Source: an uncultured Desulfobacter sp.
GTDB lineage: Bacteria > Desulfobacterota > Desulfobacteria > Desulfobacterales > Desulfobacteraceae
NCBI GenBank assembly: GCA_963665095.1
Contig: OY762069.1
Coordinates: 5,472,001-5,536,000, forward strand
Reading direction: 5' to 3'
Length of the DNA: 64,000 nucleotides
Position numbers and translations under genes: made by a program. The notes under the pieces were generated by a model, which saw only the letters and a program-made list of their open reading frames with translations, was not told the origin of the DNA and searched no databases. This document shows, piece after piece, positions 48,722-57,674 of this stretch. Position 1 is the stretch's first letter; every line of letters starts with the position of its first letter.

Positions 48722-50893
48722 TCAGATTTTCTTATACACTTCAAACATATCATTCTCAAATACCTTTGAATAACTTTTATCCTTCATCCAGTACCTGATG
48801 TAATCAAACTTTTTTAAATCCGGTATCCAGGCTTTGTCCTTTTTTCTGTATTCTTTATCATCCAAAGGCCACCCAAAATTTCTTGTCATGACCTTTGAAA
48901 ATGTTATGTAAACAGGGCGTTTTATTTCGGCAGCTCGGTTAAATTCCTTTTTAAAAGAACTGAAAGAGATACAGCCATGCCAAGGGTTATTTAACTGGCA
49001 ATTGGTCTGGGTTAAGTAATACATCATGGGTATCCAGCTTAAAAACAATGCCGGTGTGTTGTTTCTCTCATATGTTTCATTATTGAAATACTCAAGGGCT
49101 TCGTCTATGACCTTTGTTCTTTGGGGAAAGGTGTGGATGCCGAACAGCTGGGGGGATTTGAACATCTGGACCAGCACGGATCTGTCTCCAAGATCTCTGT
49201 GAGATCTGTTATACCCCCATGGGTGAACAATACCGAACATTATGACCACCATGAATATAATGACATAATTGTTCATATTCAGAGTCTGTTGCCCCACTTT
49301 CATTCTTTTATCAATCATAAAGGCCAAGGGTAAAACAATAAATAGCAAACCTGCACCAGATCTGTATATGACGTTAAACGATAAATTTGATCCGGGAAAA
49401 CTGAATAACGTCAGCATGAGAATCAAAGCCGTTGGCATAATGAGGTTCTGATTATAACGAAGGTAGAAAATATAAAAAAAATACCCCGGCAGGATTGATA
49501 CAGTCATATATATGAAAGGCGGTCCTTCTAAGGAAAGGTAGGTGGTATAATGTATGCTGAAAGCACAAATAGTCAAGATAATGTACCGTTTAATCGTGAG
49601 CGATTCCCCCAGCATAAGTAAAAGAATAAATAATAAAACAGAAAGGATTGCACCTTTTTGCAACGCATTCCATGCCCCACGGAAATAAACTTGAAATAGC
49701 CGTGTCAGGTTATGAGAATCCCCCCCATTTATGGAATACAGGGGATCCATTCTTTCCGATGCACTTCGCTGGTTTGCATTTAAAAAATAAAAAGAATCGC
49801 TGTCGGAAAATGGGGATGTCTTTCCGCTTGAAACACCCTGCCTGGCAAGTTCAGCATAGTCGTCGCCGGTAACTGAGCCGGCCGCTTCTTTATGAATAAG
49901 GTTTTTATCCAGATAGCCAGCATAGGTCTGCAGGTACCCTGTGTCATATAGTATGAGGATGCCGGCCACCAGACAGATGCAATAACCGGAAAACAAATAA
50001 ACAAGCGGCTGCAGCCATCTTTGTTTCTTTTCATATAGTATCCATGCGTAGACAACAGGCAGAACCATAATAAAAACAAAATTGAACTTGAGCCATATTG
50101 TAAGTGCCAGTAATATACCGGAAAGAATGTATGAAACAGCTCCCTTTTTTTCTTTTAGTAAGAACCAAAGCCCACCCAAAGCTGATAAAACTGGCAGATT
50201 ATCATAGTTGACAGACAGGTAATAATTATAATGAATAAAAAAAACTGACAAAATGAGAAAGATCAGCCAGTCCGTAAGACCATTGAAATAGAGGGAATAA
50301 ATTTTAAATGACACCACAGCAATCCCCGTGACAACAATCACATATCCTAGTCTTGCCCATAGCACGCTGGGGCTGTCAAGCACAGAAAGCCACAAGCCGT
50401 TAGCAACACTTGTGCCCACGAGGAAATCTATATTTTCACTGACACTGCCGTGAAAAAGCCCCCATGCCTTTGTAAAGTGGAACCCGGTGTCCGTCACATC
50501 AAAGGTTTTAAAGGTTCTGAACAGTGCATAAAAGAAATTAATGAATGCCAGAATTAACAGCCTGTATTGAGATATAAAGGATTTAAAGCCTGATGGTGAA
50601 AATATAAATAGAACACATGGTATAAAGGCGATTATCCATGAAATAAATTCAAGGTAAAAGAAATAAACATCTTTGGGATTTGATTCGATAATCCCGGTTT
50701 TATCTAGTTCATTTAAAAGGGGGATAAAACATAAGGGGGATTTTAATAAAATCCACAATGATCCTATAATTAATAAAAATAATTTAAAATATTTATGTGA
50801 CAGAAAAAGGTCATATGAGAACGGTTCTAATATGCTAAAAATTCGATTTTTTTTAAGCCAGGCTATAATAATTTTATATTCAGGGAAGGACAT
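48722..50893 (-). CDS. Polytopic membrane protein, putative GT-C glycosyltransferase
   Basis: More than 10 hydrophobic segments, acidic FDVTDTG loop after an early TM, soluble C-terminal domain; coupled to the GT2 gene. Confidence 0.6.
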   Translation of the reverse strand: MSFPEYKIIIAWLKKNRIFSILEPFSYDLFLSHKYFKLFLLIIGSLWILLKSPLCFIPLLNELDKTGIIESNPKDVYFFYLEFISWIIAFIPCVLFIFSPSGFKSFISQYRLLILAFINFFYALFRTFKTFDVTDTGFHFTKAWGLFHGSVSENIDFLVGTSVANGLWLSVLDSPSVLWARLGYVIVVTGIAVVSFKIYSLYFNGLTDWLIFLILSVFFIHYNYYLSVNYDNLPVLSALGGLWFLLKEKKGAVSYILSGILLALTIWLKFNFVFIMVLPVVYAWILYEKKQRWLQPLVYLFSGYCICLVAGILILYDTGYLQTYAGYLDKNLIHKEAAGSVTGDDYAELARQGVSSGKTSPFSDSDSFYFLNANQRSASERMDPLYSINGGDSHNLTRLFQVYFRGAWNALQKGAILSVLLFILLLMLGESLTIKRYIILTICAFSIHYTTYLSLEGPPFIYMTVSILPGYFFYIFYLRYNQNLIMPTALILMLTLFSFPGSNLSFNVIYRSGAGLLFIVLPLAFMIDKRMKVGQQTLNMNNYVIIFMVVIMFGIVHPWGYNRSHRDLGDRSVLVQMFKSPQLFGIHTFPQRTKVIDEALEYFNNETYERNNTPALFLSWIPMMYYLTQTNCQLNNPWHGCISFSSFKKEFNRAAEIKRPVYITFSKVMTRNFGWPLDDKEYRKKDKAWIPDLKKFDYIRYWMKDKSYSKVFENDMFEVYKKI

Positions 50894-50946
50894 ATTGAAT
50901 TCCCGAAAGGAAAAAGTTCAATGAAGATGCTGATAAACTCTTCGCA

Positions 50947-50984
50947 GAAAAAATAACCGGCAGTATGGCTTGATACTGCCGGTT
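50947..50984 (-). terminator. Intrinsic terminator after the major pilin
   Basis: AACCGGCAGTAT / ATACTGCCGGTT 12-bp stem followed on the minus strand by ATTTTTT. Confidence 0.8.
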
Positions 50985-51008
50985 CAATGAAGAATTTTAC
51001 ATAAAATT

Positions 51009-51386
51009 TTATCTGTAGCTAAAAGCGGCACTTGTTTCACTTGCTGCTACCTGGGCAAACCAGCCAGGTCCTGAGGTGACGGTCACCGTTACGCCTCCGT
51101 CTGCAGACGTGGCCACATAGCCTCCTTGAAAGTCTCCATAAGTACTTCCGGTCGTGGTAACTTCCCAGCTTGTATCTCCGTCGTTTTCCAGAAGATATTG
51201 AGCGTAATCCATGGTTGCCTGGGATTTAATTGCTGCAATTGCGCCTTCAACAGCTTTGTTCCTGGCTTCCTGCTGCATGTCAGCAAACTTGGGAATGGCA
51301 ACTGCAGCCATAATACCAAGGATGACTAAAACAGCAATGATTTCAATCAGGGTAAAACCTTCCTCATTTCTAACCAATTTTTTCAT
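51009..51386 (-). CDS. pilA: Major type IV pilin (PilA/MshA-like)
   Basis: EEG|FTLIEIIAVLVILGIMAAVAIPKF; own promoter, RBS and terminator; no cysteines. Confidence 0.85.
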   Translation of the reverse strand: MKKLVRNEEGFTLIEIIAVLVILGIMAAVAIPKFADMQQEARNKAVEGAIAAIKSQATMDYAQYLLENDGDTSWEVTTTGSTYGDFQGGYVATSADGGVTVTVTSGPGWFAQVAASETSAAFSYR

Positions 51387-51467
51387 GTTGTTTTCTCCTT
51401 CTATAAAAAATAATTATAAAAATAATTAAAACACCCTTAAGAGGGCACATCAACTTCGAATAAAGCT

Positions 51468-51483
51468 TGCATAAAAGATACCG
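51468..51483 (-). promoter_or_regulatory. Sigma54 (-24/-12) promoter of the major pilin
   Basis: Minus strand CGGTATCTTTTATGCA (GG-N10-GC), next to a sigma54 activator gene. Confidence 0.6.
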
Positions 51484-51597
51484 TAATAAGATATTTAAAT
51501 CAATAATCCGATAAATCAAACCTTTCCCGTGTTTGAGACACGCTGCCGTACACAATATGGATCTACATTGTTTGTAGCATGGTCAAAAAAAAGGGTT

Positions 51598-52965
51598 TTA
51601 TTTATATGCGGCAACATTGATGTCAAATTTCTTTATGCGGTTCCACAGACTTCTGGGTTTAATGCCAAGCATTTCAGCCGCCCTTGCCTGAATTCCATTG
51701 TTTTGCCTCAGTGCTTCCACAATGTAATCAATTTCAATATTTTGCATCTGTTTATCCAAATCGAAATTTTTGTTTTTATCAAGTTCAATGGTCTTCTTTT
51801 TCTGTTCAGCAACCTCTTGAAACGGGGAAAGATTTGCTTCCTGAAAGTCAAAATCTTTTTTGTCAAGTATATCTGTTTCACTGCATATTACTGCTTTTTC
51901 AATTTTATTCTCAAGCTCTCTGATGTTTCCCTGCCATTCATACTGTTTTAGGAATGAGACAGCAGCATCGGAGATAGTTTTACCGGATTTTTTTGTGAAA
52001 TGTTTGATCAGCAGCTCAAGATCGTTTGTTCTGTTGCCAAGGGGCGGTATATTAAGATTAAATACATTCAGCCGGTAAAACAGATCCTCTCTAAACTGCC
52101 CCTGTCTGACAAGCCGTTCCAGATCCTTATTGGTTGCGGCAATAATTCGGACATCAACCTTAAACGTCTTATGCCCGCCGACTCTTTGAAATTCGCCATT
52201 CTGAAGCACCCGAAGCAGTTTGACCTGAACTTCCCCGGGCAATTCTCCCACCTCATCCAGAAAAAGGGTCCCTTTATCAGCCCGTTCAAAACATCCCTGA
52301 TGGACAGCTACAGCGCCTGTAAATGCCCCTTTCTCATGACCGAATAATTCGCTTTCCAGCAGACCCGGAGAAATCGCGCCGCAATTAATTTTTACAAAAG
52401 GAAAACCTGTTCTTGGGCTTTTTCCATGCACAGCATCTGCAATTAACTCTTTACCTGTGCCGCTTTGTCCAAGAATCAGGACACTGGCATTTGAAGGCGC
52501 CACTTTCAGCACCTGCTCCAGCACATAGGCCATTTCCCGGCTTTCAAAAATGATGTTTGGAAACTGATGTTGAAGCGCTTCAATATCATACCCAATGGCA
52601 ATTTTGCCAAATGCTTTTCTGTATTCATCAAGTTCATCTGAGAAAAATTTATTCCCCCCCACAGAGGGCTTATTCCCATCGGTTTTCGCTAAGTTTTCTT
52701 TGCTCTCTGTGCCTGCCTGGAGATTCTTTTTTTGAATTCGGGCCAAAAGTTCTTCTGTGGGCTTCAGCACAAATTTAAGCAGTATATAGCCAATGACAAA
52801 AGAAAAAGAAAAAAGAAAGAAAAGCGCTGAGTAATGAATCAGATCGGCATGTATGGAATTGTTTAACTTGGTTGATAGCTGGAATGAAACAACATAAGTG
52901 AACACAGAAACCATTCCCCAGATAAAGGGGACAAGAAAATATATGCTGAGCTTTACTCCGGCCAT
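51598..52965 (-). CDS. Sigma54-dependent activator with two N-terminal TM helices and no receiver domain
   Basis: GQSGTGKE, ESELFGHEKGAFTGA, LFLDEVGE, FREDLFYRL, WQGNIREL, C-terminal Fis HTH. Confidence 0.9.
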   Translation of the reverse strand: MAGVKLSIYFLVPFIWGMVSVFTYVVSFQLSTKLNNSIHADLIHYSALFFLFSFSFVIGYILLKFVLKPTEELLARIQKKNLQAGTESKENLAKTDGNKPSVGGNKFFSDELDEYRKAFGKIAIGYDIEALQHQFPNIIFESREMAYVLEQVLKVAPSNASVLILGQSGTGKELIADAVHGKSPRTGFPFVKINCGAISPGLLESELFGHEKGAFTGAVAVHQGCFERADKGTLFLDEVGELPGEVQVKLLRVLQNGEFQRVGGHKTFKVDVRIIAATNKDLERLVRQGQFREDLFYRLNVFNLNIPPLGNRTNDLELLIKHFTKKSGKTISDAAVSFLKQYEWQGNIRELENKIEKAVICSETDILDKKDFDFQEANLSPFQEVAEQKKKTIELDKNKNFDLDKQMQNIEIDYIVEALRQNNGIQARAAEMLGIKPRSLWNRIKKFDINVAAYK

Positions 52966-53036
52966 ATTATTAAAATTGTATTTCCTGAAAAGGTATCAAG
53001 ATCATTCTCAACTATCCTATATTGGGATTGTCCAAC

Positions 53037-54263
53037 CTAACGAACCATTTTGGTCAAATCCCACATGGGCAGGAAGATTGCCAGGGCAAAAAAACCAACC
53101 ACAGCGGCAAGTCCGACCACCAGAATAGGGCCGATGGCGTCGGACATGGCTTTGGTACTGTACTCAACCTCTGTGTCGTAATGATGGGATATCTCTGTGA
53201 GCATGTCATCCAGATTACCGGACTCCTCTCCGATGGCCACCATATTAATTACCATTGGGGGGAAATATTTTGAAGATCTTAATGGTTGGGAGATCCCACG
53301 GCCCGCCGTTAACATTTCCTTTATTTTTTCAAACTCCTGGGTAATGGCGGCATTGTTGATAGTTTTTGATAACACCTCCATGGATTCCAGGACAGTAACC
53401 CCACTGGTTTGAAGAATCGAGAAGATTGACGCAAACCTGGACATCGCTGCTTTTAAAATAACAGGTCCGACAATCGGCATTTTTATAAAGGCCCGGTCTT
53501 TAATAACTCTGCCTCCGGGGGTTTTAAAGAAGAAATAATATGAAAGATATAATGTGACTGCAATGGTAACAAGGCCGATATGCCAGTAATTATGAATTAT
53601 TTCATACAAACCCATACATACCCGGGTAGGCATGGGTAATTCAATACCGGCTTTGGTGAAAATAGATACAAACTGGGGAATAACAAAGTTCAGTAATACA
53701 AAAAAGGCGATTCCCAAAAAGAATACAACCATCTGAGGGTATCTTAAGGCTGATTTAATGTCTGATTTAAGTTTGTTTTCATGATCAATAATATAGATAA
53801 GCCGGTCAAGGACATCAGGCAGTGCACCTGAAGATTCGCCTGCATTGATCATGTTGCAGTAAAGTTCCGAAAATACTTTTTTGTGTTTTGAAAAAGCTGA
53901 AAACAGATTGGCACCCTCCCGGACATCCACCCTGATCTGGGCCACTGTTTTTTTTAACAGTTTATTCTCGGTCTGAACCTCCATAGTGCTCAGGACATCC
54001 ATCATGGGAACACCGGCATGGATCAGGGTTTTAAATTGTTTAGTGAACAGGATCAAATCCCTCGGCCTGACAGGGGTAAGGCTGTCCGACAGTTTGGACA
54101 GGGTTTCTGAGCTATCTAAGAGGCCGCTTTTTTCAGTCACGCTCTCCGGGATATACCCTTTCTGGGACAGCATCTCCATGGCATGGTCCAGGGAAGGAGC
54201 ATCCAGATTGCCCTTGATTTCAGAACCTGTTTCATTGATGGCAATATAGGAATAAGTGGTCAT
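53037..54263 (-). CDS. pilC: PilC/GspF inner-membrane platform protein
   Basis: AGESSGAL, KSALRYP, IGEESGNLDDML, AIFLPMWDL. Confidence 0.92.
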   Translation of the reverse strand: MTTYSYIAINETGSEIKGNLDAPSLDHAMEMLSQKGYIPESVTEKSGLLDSSETLSKLSDSLTPVRPRDLILFTKQFKTLIHAGVPMMDVLSTMEVQTENKLLKKTVAQIRVDVREGANLFSAFSKHKKVFSELYCNMINAGESSGALPDVLDRLIYIIDHENKLKSDIKSALRYPQMVVFFLGIAFFVLLNFVIPQFVSIFTKAGIELPMPTRVCMGLYEIIHNYWHIGLVTIAVTLYLSYYFFFKTPGGRVIKDRAFIKMPIVGPVILKAAMSRFASIFSILQTSGVTVLESMEVLSKTINNAAITQEFEKIKEMLTAGRGISQPLRSSKYFPPMVINMVAIGEESGNLDDMLTEISHHYDTEVEYSTKAMSDAIGPILVVGLAAVVGFFALAIFLPMWDLTKMVR

Positions 54264-54266
54264 AAT

Positions 54267-55973
54267 TTACATCATTACGGCAGAAGCTGCCTCCTCCGGA
54301 CTGGTTATTCCATTGGCCACCTTGACGGCGGCATCCTGTTTCAACGTTTTTAAATGGCCTGACTGGGCACTGACCAGGGTGATTTCCTGGGCAGATTTGC
54401 CTGCAAGGATCATCTGCTGAACATCCTGGTTTACATGAAGGACCTCGTAAAGTCCTGTCCGCCCTAAATAGCCGGTGTCTTTGCACTGCATGCACCCTTT
54501 GCCACGGACAAAATCCACACCCTGGGCATTTTCAAGTCCCCAGAATTCACGTACCTCAGGCGGTGGGGAATAGGACTCTTTACAGTGGGGACAGACCCGG
54601 CGAATCAGACGCTGGGCAATGGCCACCAGCATGACCGATGAGACCAGGAATGGTTCGATACCCATATCAACAAATCGGGTGATGGCGCCTGCCGCATCAT
54701 TGGTGTGCACCGTACTGAGAACCATATGGCCTGTCAGGGCAGCCTGAACCGCAACACCTGCGGTTTCACCATCACGAATTTCGCCGATCATGACCACATC
54801 CGGGTCCTGACGTAAAATGGATCTCAGCCCGGAGGCAAAGGTCATGCCCGCTTTTCTGTTCAACTGGCCCTGGCGGACATGCTCCATCCTGTATTCCACA
54901 GGATCTTCAAGTGTAATAATATTGACTTCCGGGGTATTGATAATTTTAAGCATTGAAAACAGGGAGGTACTTTTTCCCGAACCTGTGGGGCCGGTGGCCA
55001 GGATCATGCCGTAGGGCATTTTGATCATTTTTGAAATAAGCTGGATATCCTGGGGATCCATGCCCAGTTTATCCAGGGAGTAGATGCCGGCACTGGTGTC
55101 AAGAAGACGAAGCACCACATTTTCCCCGTACACCGTTGGAATGGTGGATACACGGATGTTGATTTCCTTGTCCTGGACAAACACTGTAAATCTGCCGTCC
55201 TGGGGAATCCTGGATATGGATATATCCAGGGAAGCCAGGATTTTCAACCGGGACACCATGGACATAAACATGCCTTTGGGGGGGGCAGGAATATGATGCA
55301 GCTTGCCGTCCACCCGAAACCGGATTTCCACATAGTTTTTTTCCGGACTTAGGTGAACATCGGAGGCGCCTTCCTTAACCGCCTGAGTAAGGATCGAGTT
55401 AACAAGACGGATAACCGGCGCTTCTTCAGCCATGTCCATGAGCGAGGAGATGTTGTTCTGATACTGGTCATCCACCTCATCCTTGACATCCATCTCCTGC
55501 ATTTCCTGGATATTGCCCATGACCCCGTCAGACCCGGAATAGGTGCCGTAAACCGTGGCAATCAGGGTATTGAGTTCCTGCTCGGTACAGATTACAGGCT
55601 CAACTTCGGTGTCTGTATACACCTCAATATGGTCAAGGGCATTGATATCCAGGGGGTCTGTCATGGCCAGGAAGAGCATGCCGTCTTGTTTATGGATAGG
55701 TACCGCCTGGTATTTCTGGGCGGTGTCCACATCAAGAATATCGGAAAGCGCCGTTGAAATGGCATATTCGCTGGCATCGTAGCGCTTGATATTCACCTGG
55801 GTGGATATCAGCTCCACAATGGCTTTTTCACTGACAATGCCTTCAGTGATAAGGTGCTGCCCCAGGCGTTTCCCGCTGTTCCGGCTTGCAACCAGGGCTT
55901 TTTCAAGCTGCTCCTTGTCAAGGACACCGCCGTCTATCAGCATTTCCCCAAGGCGTTTACGTTTTGCTAACAT
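54267..55973 (-). CDS. pilB: PilB/GspE assembly ATPase with MshEN-like N-terminus
   Basis: RLGEMLI...RLGQHLI, ASDVH, PQDGR, GPTGSGKST, LRQDPDV, CPHC/CMQC zinc motif. Confidence 0.92.
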   Translation of the reverse strand: MLAKRKRLGEMLIDGGVLDKEQLEKALVASRNSGKRLGQHLITEGIVSEKAIVELISTQVNIKRYDASEYAISTALSDILDVDTAQKYQAVPIHKQDGMLFLAMTDPLDINALDHIEVYTDTEVEPVICTEQELNTLIATVYGTYSGSDGVMGNIQEMQEMDVKDEVDDQYQNNISSLMDMAEEAPVIRLVNSILTQAVKEGASDVHLSPEKNYVEIRFRVDGKLHHIPAPPKGMFMSMVSRLKILASLDISISRIPQDGRFTVFVQDKEINIRVSTIPTVYGENVVLRLLDTSAGIYSLDKLGMDPQDIQLISKMIKMPYGMILATGPTGSGKSTSLFSMLKIINTPEVNIITLEDPVEYRMEHVRQGQLNRKAGMTFASGLRSILRQDPDVVMIGEIRDGETAGVAVQAALTGHMVLSTVHTNDAAGAITRFVDMGIEPFLVSSVMLVAIAQRLIRRVCPHCKESYSPPPEVREFWGLENAQGVDFVRGKGCMQCKDTGYLGRTGLYEVLHVNQDVQQMILAGKSAQEITLVSAQSGHLKTLKQDAAVKVANGITSPEEAASAVMM

Positions 55974-56000
55974 CCATAACCTCTGTAATATAAGCTATAT

Positions 56001-57662
56001 TCATAAAATCATTCTATCCTGAACCAGGGCGGCAATTTTTGTTTCCCTGAATCCCCTGGCAGATTTCGGTAAATGTGATGTAAAAACATGGGCTTTTTGT
56101 TTGTTAGCAAATACCCGGTTCAGTACCACATAAAACATAAATCCTTTTGACGCATTCCAGGCAGGTAATACTCTGGCATCAACTCCCTGATTTCTGTATT
56201 CACGGGCTTTTTTGTAGGCCCTGGCAATCTGTGTAAAACTGTCTGCCGCCAGACAGACCATATCTGGACGCCACTGCTGGGCCGTCTCACTGATCACCGG
56301 AAAGCTTATAAAACTACCGTTCATAATCAAATTAGGGTTTTCAATACCGGTATTATCCTGCATGACCCGGTGTAAAAGCGTTCTGGAGTATGAACCGTAA
56401 ATGGTCAGAATCATGGTACACAGATTGTCATCACCTGTAATTTTTACTGATCCGAGGAGGGCAGGGCCGACAGCACTGTTCTCATCAACCGCCGGCGGTT
56501 GTTTTGCCTCAGGCAGCACCTTTGCCGCAGTCTCTATCTGCACCACAGGTGATGGTAATTGATGCTCCGGTAACTGTGAAACTGTATCGTTTTTTAAAGG
56601 ACGATTTTCAATCACCTTGATAGTAACAGGCGGGCTTGCCTGGCTGACGGATGCGGACTGATGGCTTCCCTTGCCGGACAGAACCCATTGCGCCACTGTC
56701 TGCCTGACCGGAAGCGGCACCATCTCTAAAAGGGTATTGGCATGAAACGCCAGAAAGAAGATAAGCACTGCCGCTATGACAGACGCTGTCGGCATCAGGG
56801 AAACCTTTGTTTTTTCCTGGTAATTGGGAAAAACCTCCCCGGCACAGGCATGGACAAAAAAGGAGCCGGCAGTCTGGCGGTCCTGGATGATCATGGCTAA
56901 AAGCACATGGTGGCACAGATTAATAATTTTTCTGGGATACCCCTTTGTAACCCGGTACACTGCCCAGAAACCTGAAAATGTGAATTTCGGCACCCGGCTG
57001 CTGCCAAACTGATCCGGACAGGCAGAATGTCCAATTCTGAACCGTATCAGTTCCCGGGTTTCGGTAAAGTTTAAAGGCAGAAATGTAAACCTGAAATTGA
57101 TGCGGTCAACAAAATTTTTCATGCCCGCAATCATCTGATTAAACTCTTTCTGGGCAAATATAACAATCTGCAGCAGTTTATTATTATTGGTTTCGTAATT
57201 GAGCAGCTCCCGGAGGGTTTCAAGACAGAACAGCGGCAGTTTCTGACCCTCATCAATCATAAGAACCGTGGTGATGTTCTGATCTACGCCGGCTGCAAAA
57301 AGATGATTTTTTACCATCTCTTTCAGGGTCAGCTCGTTGTCCGGGACGTCTGTCACAGGTGCACCGGAAAAGTGGTGAAGTATGCAGGCCAGGAACTCGG
57401 ACGGTGATGAAAATGCCGGGTCAAGAATTAAAAAATATCTGATTGCCGGGTCACCTGAAATTTTACGGATCAGTTGCCGGCAGACAGTGGTTTTGCCGGT
57501 ACCCACGTCTCCTGTTATCACATTCAGCCCCCGGCGCAGCCGGATGGAAATTTCCAGTTTCTGCAAGGCGCTTCTGTGCTGTCTGGAGTTGAAAAACAAC
57601 CCCGGATCAGGAGAGTTGGAAAAGGGCTCCTTTTCCAGATGAAGGGTCCGGTAATACTCCAT
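56001..57662 (-). CDS. ExeA/MshM-like AAA ATPase with TM and periplasmic domain
   Basis: EPFSNSPDP, GDVGTGKTT, LMIDEGQ, GYPRKINLC. Confidence 0.85.
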   Translation of the reverse strand: MEYYRTLHLEKEPFSNSPDPGLFFNSRQHRSALQKLEISIRLRRGLNVITGDVGTGKTTVCRQLIRKISGDPAIRYFLILDPAFSSPSEFLACILHHFSGAPVTDVPDNELTLKEMVKNHLFAAGVDQNITTVLMIDEGQKLPLFCLETLRELLNYETNNNKLLQIVIFAQKEFNQMIAGMKNFVDRINFRFTFLPLNFTETRELIRFRIGHSACPDQFGSSRVPKFTFSGFWAVYRVTKGYPRKIINLCHHVLLAMIIQDRQTAGSFFVHACAGEVFPNYQEKTKVSLMPTASVIAAVLIFFLAFHANTLLEMVPLPVRQTVAQWVLSGKGSHQSASVSQASPPVTIKVIENRPLKNDTVSQLPEHQLPSPVVQIETAAKVLPEAKQPPAVDENSAVGPALLGSVKITGDDNLCTMILTIYGSYSRTLLHRVMQDNTGIENPNLIMNGSFISFPVISETAQQWRPDMVCLAADSFTQIARAYKKAREYRNQGVDARVLPAWNASKGFMFYVVLNRVFANKQKAHVFTSHLPKSARGFRETKIAALVQDRMIL

Positions 57663-57674
57663 AGTTGATATTCG

